Shown here piece by piece: positions 57,137 through 64,000 of a stretch of 64,000 nt of DNA. The stretch's first letter is position 1; every line of letters begins with the position of its first letter. A program made the position numbers and the translations under genes. Source of the DNA: a virus; the IMG/VR virus record IMGVR_UViG_3300045391_000819, positions 1 through 64,000 of that record; one strand, 5' to 3'. The notes below the pieces were generated by a model. The model worked only from the letters and a program-made list of their open reading frames with translations. It had not been told where the DNA came from and searched no databases.

Positions 57137-57827
57137 TCGGGTCTATTACGTTGTTATTGCCACTAGCATCAGCTATATTCTGTTGTTTTTCAGCTTCTTC
57201 AAACAAAGTATCAACAACACCTGATGATAAAGGTATTGTGGTAGAAGCATATGCTGTCATGAGGAAGTTAGCAAATCCAGAATATCCAGAATATCCACTT
57301 GCTCCACTATAACCTGAGTAACCACTTTTACCCATCATTTTAGCATAACTTGTCTTGTCTCCAGCACTAAATCCTCTATATTGGTCTTTCAACCCTACAG
57401 ATGTGGCATCTTTTTCAGTTGTTCCTGTAAATAAAATTGCCCATCCTGCTTTCTTTTTCTTAGCAATTAATTTCTTAATATCATTGTTATCATACACCTT
57501 GCTATCATTTTCTTCACCGTCTGTTATAATAGTAACAAAAACTTTCTTTTCCTTTTTAGGAACTAAATCAAAAGCATAACCGATAGCATCATATAAGGCT
57601 GTGGCTGCTCTAGGTTTATACGCTCCTGCTAATTCTTCTTTAAGTTCAGATACGTCATTTGTATTGACAAGTGTTCTAATGTCATTACTGCCTGAAAAAT
57701 CTACAACAATATTATGTTGTGCTTTTGTTTCACGCATTGTTATAAACAGCTGGACAAGCGAGCCTATAACTTCATCTTTCATGGAGTTCATACTCCCTGA
57801 AGCATCTAAAATAACTAAATTTGTCAT
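57123..57827 (-). CDS. von Willebrand factor A domain protein with SGY repeats
   Basis: MIDAS LDASGSM, TALYDAIG, IITDGEEN; SGYSGYSGASGYSGYSGF. Confidence 0.9.
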   Translation of the reverse strand: MTNLVILDASGSMNSMKDEVIGSLVQLFITMRETKAQHNIVVDFSGSNDIRTLVNTNDVSELKEELAGAYKPRAATALYDAIGYAFDLVPKKEKKVFVTIITDGEENDSKVYDNNDIKKLIAKKKKAGWAILFTGTTEKDATSVGLKDQYRGFSAGDKTSYAKMMGKSGYSGYSGASGYSGYSGFANFLMTAYASTTIPLSSGVVDTLFEEAEKQQNIADASGNNNVIDPNESI

Positions 57828-57839
57828 TATTGTTTGGTT

Positions 57840-60017
57840 TTAATTTGATACTACTTCCATTGGCTGTACTAAGCCATTTAATACATATTTGTTTAAGTTT
57901 GCTAATACATACTGAGGATAGGTTTCATCTACTTCTACAAAATGATATTGTAAAGGACGACCATATAAATCCTTTCCTTCATTCACAACCTTCTCAATCC
58001 TACTTAAATCTTTCATTTCTTCTGTATTGTATTCCTGATGGGCTGTGGCTTCAATCTTATTTTTGATACCATTAATATCAGCAAGATAACTAAAATGCCA
58101 TCCACCATTCTTAAGTAGGGAATCTCCTGTTGTAGGCCAGTATCTAATTCCACATGGAGTTTTCTCCTTTACATTCTTGTATGTGGCAATTTTAGCCTCA
58201 TTCCATTTATCAGCAGCCTCACAATTCAACTTGTAATAATAAAGAGTTTGTTGAAACCCCATTATACCTTTTGAATAGTCAAATTCATAAACCTTTGAGG
58301 CTCTTGGGATTTCATCAGCATCGCTGATAATAATCATATCATTATCCTTGCAATCTGTAAGACCTCTCATAATCTGATCTCTCTGGTGACGTTCTATACT
58401 CCAACTATCCCTTGCAGGGAATTCATCTTCACTAACTACTATATGAGTTACCTTGTTTAAATACTTTTCATATCTAGCAAGGTTTTCCTGAAAGTAAAGA
58501 GGTTTAGGTTTGTTGCCATGAGTTATAGCAGCTTCAACAATAACGAATCTGTCAACAACATCATACATTTCAGCAAATCTTATGTCAAGGACATCCAGTT
58601 CATTAAAGAACGGGAAACAATCGTATATATTAAGTTTATTCATAACATTTGGTATTCCGCCTGAATTAACTAAAGGTATTGCCTCGTTAGGTTTGATAGC
58701 CCAAATATTTGTATCTTCCTGTTGTATTGTAGGAAGATTAAAGGCTTCATCTACAGCTTGGGTAACTCCTGCCCACATTCCGTCTGTGTAGTTATAGTCA
58801 TGTCCAGAAAGAATTCCGTTTTCAAAAACTACATCCTTCCATAAACCTATATCTTCCTTTACTTCTTCGTAGGTATGTCCAGCATCAATGAAGATTAAAT
58901 CCGCTTTAATACCTTGCTTTTTAAACCAAGCAGAAGCGTTTTTAGAACTCATCCTAACAGGAATTACTTTACCTGATTGAATATGATCTGAAAGATTATC
59001 AGAGAACTCTAGGAAGGCATGATCTCCATCATTCCAAGCTGCTGATTGGTGATTAGTATTACGTTCTACAGCAGAACCAGCCCAATGATCTACACAAAAA
59101 AGTCTTCCGTTATCTGGAAGATTATCTGCTAAAGCTCTTGAGCTTCTACCATGCCAGCTACCTATTTCTATAACAGTTTTAGCTTTAGCTGCTTGTTCAG
59201 CTAACCAAAGCAGTTCAGCCTCACTCATAAAACCGTCACAAGCTCTAGCCTTTGCTATTTTTGGATTATTAATTATTTCATCCCTAGTAAGCTCACCTAA
59301 TTTTGGCTCTCCTCTATATCTCTCTTCTAATATCTTATTATTCTTGGCAAGAAGTGCTTCACCGCCGGGCCAATTCGCAAATGTCTTATTACCAGCATGA
59401 TATATAGGAAATACACCAGTCCTACGATTAGTATCATAGAACATACGTGATTCATCTGGTACTTGAACTAATTCAAAACCAGCATCTGCCACACGAGCAC
59501 AGAAATCTGTATCTTCTCCATATCCCGGAGAGAATATTTCATCAAGAAGTCCTACCTTTTCAAGTGCTTCCCTAGAAATCATAGATAAAAAGAATAAAAG
59601 AAAATCCCTATCAGCGTGAGGACAATGCTCCTTCATTGGGCCAGTCATACCGACTTTACGGTCTTTCTGTTCAAAAGGAGCTACAAGGATATTAAGCCAG
59701 TCATTGTATTGCTGGTCAAGGAGAATGTTATCGTTATTAAAGGTAATAATATAATCTCCTCTTGAGATTTTAATACCTTCATTAGTGGCTCTGGTGAAGC
59801 CTATAGCTTCATCAAACCACAATAAAACGATACCATGAAACTTAGATTGTAAGTCTTTAATGTAATCTTTAGTACCATCTGTGCAGCCGTTTGCAACAAT
59901 TATTAACTCAGTACTAAAATCATTGAGCGTAGTGTATTTAAGAATAGAATCTACGGCAGGACGTAAACAATCTTCAAAGTGATTGTACGTAGGAATGACA
60001 ATCGAATATTTAGGCAT
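57840..60017 (-). CDS. GT2 + SAM methyltransferase (Methyltransf_24-like) + GT17-like fusion
   Basis: IVIPTYN, NNDN, YGEDTD; IEIGSWHGRS, FIDAGH.YE, GHDY; YDCFPFFNELD.L, SDADEIP, GGWHFSY. Confidence 0.88.
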   Translation of the reverse strand: MPKYSIVIPTYNHFEDCLRPAVDSILKYTTLNDFSTELIIVANGCTDGTKDYIKDLQSKFHGIVLLWFDEAIGFTRATNEGIKISRGDYIITFNNDNILLDQQYNDWLNILVAPFEQKDRKVGMTGPMKEHCPHADRDFLLFFLSMISREALEKVGLLDEIFSPGYGEDTDFCARVADAGFELVQVPDESRMFYDTNRRTGVFPIYHAGNKTFANWPGGEALLAKNNKILEERYRGEPKLGELTRDEIINNPKIAKARACDGFMSEAELLWLAEQAAKAKTVIEIGSWHGRSSRALADNLPDNGRLFCVDHWAGSAVERNTNHQSAAWNDGDHAFLEFSDNLSDHIQSGKVIPVRMSSKNASAWFKKQGIKADLIFIDAGHTYEEVKEDIGLWKDVVFENGILSGHDYNYTDGMWAGVTQAVDEAFNLPTIQQEDTNIWAIKPNEAIPLVNSGGIPNVMNKLNIYDCFPFFNELDVLDIRFAEMYDVVDRFVIVEAAITHGNKPKPLYFQENLARYEKYLNKVTHIVVSEDEFPARDSWSIERHQRDQIMRGLTDCKDNDMIIISDADEIPRASKVYEFDYSKGIMGFQQTLYYYKLNCEAADKWNEAKIATYKNVKEKTPCGIRYWPTTGDSLLKNGGWHFSYLADINGIKNKIEATAHQEYNTEEMKDLSRIEKVVNEGKDLYGRPLQYHFVEVDETYPQYVLANLNKYVLNGLVQPMEVVSN

Positions 60018-60031
60018 CTGTTGGTTTTTGA

Positions 60032-60063
60032 CAAATGTACGAAATAACTATTTAATTTCCAAA
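60032..60063 (-). promoter_or_regulatory. Bacteroidota sigma-A-type promoter for the glycosyltransferase operon
   Basis: TTTG-N20-TACATTTG, 14 nt before the ATG. Confidence 0.8.
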
Positions 60064-60087
60064 TTCTTATATTAATATTTTGTTAAA

Positions 60088-62634
60088 TTATGATACTGTT
60101 ATTGTCTTGGTTACACCATTAATTCTCACCTTTAAACCTGTGTTAGTGTTGTCAGCTCTCCAGATGTCACCATCAACAGGTGATGAGTTTGTAAATACAG
60201 CAAGATTGATAAGAGTGTTAAAATTGGTCTTACCACCAAGGAAGTTTACTTCTGTAGCACCAGCCTGATATATACCCCATCTATTAGTTACAGTATATCC
60301 ACCAGCAAGACCTACTGCAATATCATCTATATATAAACCATAGTGATTAGTAATAGTTTGTGTAGTAGTTGCACCAGCAGTTGTAATAGGATATAAGGCT
60401 CTTAAACATGCAAATTTGTCCATAGTTCCTGAACCTGCTGTATTCAACCAGTACTGACCTCCTGCAAAGAAACTATTACCTGATGTATAGTTGAAAGCAG
60501 CATCATCATAAACAGTCACAACACCACTAAGACCAGCAAGTTGCACATATGAAGCTGTACCATCATAAGCCCAAGTTCCACTACCAAGGAATCCAAATTC
60601 ACCATACATACCACCTAAAGGTTGAGTACCACTATAAGTTGTACCACTTGTTACAAGCATTTGACCTTCAGCACCTATATAACCAACTGATGGAGAACCA
60701 GATACAGCATGTCTCTTAGTTGATAAAGTACCAAAGAAATTAGCCGTTCTATCATCGAATACTGTAAGAGTAGATACAATAGGAGTATCTGTACCTATTG
60801 TCATTATACCGTCGCTCAAAGATAATAAGAAATCACCAGAAATATATCTATTATTTAGTAATGGCGCAGGAGTACCTGAAGGCCCACCAAGTTCTACAAT
60901 TGTAGCATCACCACTATTTAAGGAAAGCCCGTTTTGTGCTGTAACTACAGAATCTGGAACCCATGTCTCTATAACATTTCCACTACCATCTACACCAAGA
61001 AAATAGTTAGGACTACCTGAAAATGTTCCTACTCCATAGTTTCCAAAAACAATACCATTATTTGCACTAAGATTTAATGTACCTGTTATCGAATCTCCTA
61101 TTAAATTAGCAAAACCACTTGTATTATTATCAAATGTTGAAAGTCCAAATTGAGTAGTTACACCTAAATTAGCAATAAGATTTAATTGTGCGTTGGCATC
61201 ACTTCCAGTATGAGTAGCTGTTAAAGTAGCATTAAATGAAGATGGTAAAATAGCAAGACCATTGTTTGCACCATCTATAATAATATTATGACCATTTAGG
61301 TCAAAATTTCTAGTTTGAGTTGCTTGGTCATCTTCTCCAGATACACCAAATCTTGTAGGATCAGGTGTAATGGAAGATGTAGTTACTTCTATAACGTTAC
61401 CGTTAGTATCAAAGGCTGCTAAGAATGTAGGTGTACCAGTAAAAATACCATCACCATAATGAGGTAATCTTGCTGCACCTCCACCATCCAAACCAAATAT
61501 TTCTGATATAACTGTATTGCTAACTCCTTGTATTGCATAATCAGAGGTTCTTGAACCATGAACAGGATTTACCCAACTAGAAATAATTTTATTAGATAAA
61601 GTGGTAAAATTTCCAGCATCTTTTAAATCAAATTCAATATATGAACCAAATCCAGCCGTAGGTGTTCCACCAGTACTTCTAGTCATTAATAATCCAAACT
61701 CAGCAGTAGAAACAGAAGGATTAAAATTTATAGACCACACTGGTATACCAGATACAGCCGTAAAAGCTCCAGCAGTTCCAAATCCTGTAGCATCTCCTTT
61801 AACTCCTTGTCCACCATCTGTAGTTCCTACTACTCCATATCCTGTAGTTAAAGCATCACCTCTAATAGCTACCCCTGTACGCACTGTACTTTCTATACCA
61901 TTACTATTTAAAAAACCAGCAGTTGAAAAGTTTTGAACCTTTAAAATTGGTTTAAAATTATTTGTTCCTTGTGTATAAAGTGTAAAAGTATTACTATCTA
62001 TATACCTATCATCTAAAAGTTCTGAAGGATCACCAATAGGCCCGCCTAATTGAACGTTCGATGGAGCATTCTTAGAAAGACCATTATCTGCTGTTATAAC
62101 AAAATCATCTATTGGTAGTGGTTGCCATGCTCCTTCTCCTGAACCATTATCTATAAGTGTCCATACATATCCATTTTCAGCACCAGATAATGTAGAATTT
62201 ATAAATAACTGATTAGTATCAATTTTTATTTGATCGTTAGCCCCATCTATCTTAAGGAAATCCCTAGTACCATTACCAAAAGCAATATAATTGCTAGGCA
62301 TATTGTAATACCTATTTTGAGCAGCAGTATCATCTTCTCCGCTAACAGCGAATCTTTGAGTCAGTTCATCTATCTCAAACGATCTTGTAAATGTGGTTCC
62401 ATTTTCATCGGTGTACTGGATAGACACAACATTCCCATCTATTGTAAAATCACTTAACACAGTAAGTGTCTCACAGTTATGAACCTGCTCACATGTAAGG
62501 TCTGTTGGAATACTATAAGCCGTGCATAAAGCATCAATCAACTGCTGTTTCCATGAACAGTTGATCCCTGTAAGAATATTAGAAAAATATTGCTTACATG
62601 TTAAGCTGGTTAATTCTACGTTGTCTTGTGCCAT
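60088..62634 (-). CDS. tail-fibre/virion structural protein-like, G/T/N-rich with internal repeats
   Basis: 848 aa, beta-rich composition, duplicated modules, short C-terminal motif typical of fibre ends. Confidence 0.6.
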   Translation of the reverse strand: MAQDNVELTSLTCKQYFSNILTGINCSWKQQLIDALCTAYSIPTDLTCEQVHNCETLTVLSDFTIDGNVVSIQYTDENGTTFTRSFEIDELTQRFAVSGEDDTAAQNRYYNMPSNYIAFGNGTRDFLKIDGANDQIKIDTNQLFINSTLSGAENGYVWTLIDNGSGEGAWQPLPIDDFVITADNGLSKNAPSNVQLGGPIGDPSELLDDRYIDSNTFTLYTQGTNNFKPILKVQNFSTAGFLNSNGIESTVRTGVAIRGDALTTGYGVVGTTDGGQGVKGDATGFGTAGAFTAVSGIPVWSINFNPSVSTAEFGLLMTRSTGGTPTAGFGSYIEFDLKDAGNFTTLSNKIISSWVNPVHGSRTSDYAIQGVSNTVISEIFGLDGGGAARLPHYGDGIFTGTPTFLAAFDTNGNVIEVTTSSITPDPTRFGVSGEDDQATQTRNFDLNGHNIIIDGANNGLAILPSSFNATLTATHTGSDANAQLNLIANLGVTTQFGLSTFDNNTSGFANLIGDSITGTLNLSANNGIVFGNYGVGTFSGSPNYFLGVDGSGNVIETWVPDSVVTAQNGLSLNSGDATIVELGGPSGTPAPLLNNRYISGDFLLSLSDGIMTIGTDTPIVSTLTVFDDRTANFFGTLSTKRHAVSGSPSVGYIGAEGQMLVTSGTTYSGTQPLGGMYGEFGFLGSGTWAYDGTASYVQLAGLSGVVTVYDDAAFNYTSGNSFFAGGQYWLNTAGSGTMDKFACLRALYPITTAGATTTQTITNHYGLYIDDIAVGLAGGYTVTNRWGIYQAGATEVNFLGGKTNFNTLINLAVFTNSSPVDGDIWRADNTNTGLKVRINGVTKTITVS

Positions 62635-62644
62635 TTTTTATTTT

Positions 62645-64000
62645 TTATAAAGCGTGCCATGCCCCGTTATAGTAACACCAAGGGCCAATAGAAGTAAATG
62701 TTCCATCAGTATTTGATACAAATACAATATCTCCTTCTAATGGTGTTATTGCACTTGCAGATGTTGCTGTTCTTGGGATAAGTCTAAAGATTCCAGCAAT
62801 ATTTACAAGGTCTGAAGTTCCTTGTTGGTCAATTGCGTATGCATTAGTTGTGAATGCATTTTTTAAAGCATTAATCTGAATACCTGTATGTGTACCAAGT
62901 GTTGAACTAGCTCCAAATGAAACGTCATCATTAACCATTATATGTGTGAAACTGTCCATTGCAACCGTAACACTTCCACTTAATTTAAGTCTTGAGCTTA
63001 TATTTCTCATTGATCCGGTAGTAGAACCATTGAAGTTAGCTTCAAAGTCTGTTTCAAACCTACCAACACTATGTCCCCTAGCACCCACAGCTATAAGTCC
63101 ACCCGGATAACCAGTTGTAGCTTCAAATCCTGCTCTCCACATATGCATAGCTGTGCTATTTTCATTACCGTCTGTAGTAACGTTTCCGTTTAGATAACTT
63201 CTTGATACATGCAGAGCTTGGAATGGTCTTAATACAAATCCAGATTGCATTTTATACTCTTCATAATCACCTATAGCCCACTGAACAGTTTTTTGTATAT
63301 CAACAAATTTAATTTCAGACCAGTTAAGAACATTACTGGTGTTAAAAGCACCAGTCATATTCTGTGTGTTCTGTCTGGTTATACCTGAAGTTGAAGTATC
63401 TATAAAACGTAATTGTCTTCCATCTAATAGAACTTCAGAATCTCCAACAAGAGTTGCCTGAGTATTTCCTGTATCAGTTTGAAGTCTTCCAAGTCCTAAA
63501 CGTCCTGTAGTATCATCAAATCTTACCCCGCTAAATCCTTCAATATTAGGAACCTCAATAACATTACCACCCGCATCAACATTCAAGGCGTAAGTAGGAG
63601 TTCCTGTAATTGCTCCAGTGCCGTAATCTGAGGCGATTAGAGGGCCATCTAAAGTAATACCGTTAGCAGCTGCTAGTTTAAGTGTTTCAGTTTCACCAAA
63701 ACCAGAAACTTCTACAAGACCACCACCCGGAACTTGAGAGAATAAAGTGAAGCGTGCATTTGATCCTATAGTATTAAAATCCAACTCTGCAAAAGCAAGG
63801 TTTGGCCCACTTATAACACGAGTAGCACCAATGGCTGCCTGAGCTAGTGAAAATCCAAGCCTAAACTCTAAAGGATCACCAAGATCAAATATATTAAAAT
63901 TATGATTATTTAAATCAAATGTTCTATCTTCAAGAGCTTGAACATCTTCTGCTGGAAAACCAAATCTTTCCTGAGTAACAGGTGCGCTTGCAGCAGAATC
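62645..64000 (-). CDS. tail-fibre-like protein, 5'-truncated by the window edge
   Basis: Frame stays open from 63784 (a TTG) to 64000; shares modules with 60088-62634; ends FTSIGPWCYYNGAWHAL. Confidence 0.6.
   Translation of the reverse strand, partial: DSAASAPVTQERFGFPAEDVQALEDRTFDLNNHNFNIFDLGDPLEFRLGFSLAQAAIGATRVISGPNLAFAELDFNTIGSNARFTLFSQVPGGGLVEVSGFGETETLKLAAANGITLDGPLIASDYGTGAITGTPTYALNVDAGGNVIEVPNIEGFSGVRFDDTTGRLGLGRLQTDTGNTQATLVGDSEVLLDGRQLRFIDTSTSGITRQNTQNMTGAFNTSNVLNWSEIKFVDIQKTVQWAIGDYEEYKMQSGFVLRPFQALHVSRSYLNGNVTTDGNENSTAMHMWRAGFEATTGYPGGLIAVGARGHSVGRFETDFEANFNGSTTGSMRNISSRLKLSGSVTVAMDSFTHIMVNDDVSFGASSTLGTHTGIQINALKNAFTTNAYAIDQQGTSDLVNIAGIFRLIPRTATSASAITPLEGDIVFVSNTDGTFTSIGPWCYYNGAWHAL

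Noticed and set aside
1-64000. Stop-codon reassignment (TAG or TGA), known in some crAss-like phages
   Set aside because: Long conserved genes are intact in code 11, and TAA, TAG and TGA all end genes at tight junctions
1-64000. CRISPR array, diversity-generating retroelement, integrase or transposase
   Set aside because: No regularly spaced repeats, reverse transcriptase or recombinase motifs seen in this window

Overview
A 64-kb segment of a large, AT-rich, tailed dsDNA bacteriophage genome. It uses the standard genetic code, and I found no CRISPR array, integrase or transposase. The host is inferred to be Bacteroidota: seven TTG-N19-21-TAnnTTTG promoters match the Bacteroidota primary-sigma consensus, and several secreted proteins look Bacteroidota-like. 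Gene content and order (PolB, SF2 helicase, DnaB, PD-(D/E)XK exonuclease, SSB, primase, DUF5664-HAD) resemble crAss-like (Crassvirales-type) phages; this is an inference. Layout: (i) 1-3.1 kb, minus-strand genes under host-type promoters, including a spanin-like pair; (ii) 3.35-4.37 kb, about 1 kb of non-coding, hairpin-rich sequence bounded by a promoter and terminators (candidate large ncRNA); (iii) 4.4-46.7 kb, one long plus-strand arm of small early-type ORFs, two more structured intergenic regions, a phiEco32-like peptide-ligase/amidoligase/glutamine-amidotransferase/GGCT cluster, a tRNA-like element lacking an anticodon loop, and the replication module, punctuated by six copies of a 20-bp phage-specific motif; (iv) 47.5-55.4 kb, class II-like RNR, RecA, MazG, ThyX, HNH, GroES, a glycosyltransferase and a phosphatase; (v) 55.4-64 kb, a minus-strand glycosyltransferase operon next to repeat-rich tail-fibre-like genes, the last truncated by the window edge. 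Family assignments come from motifs recognised by eye, not from database searches.
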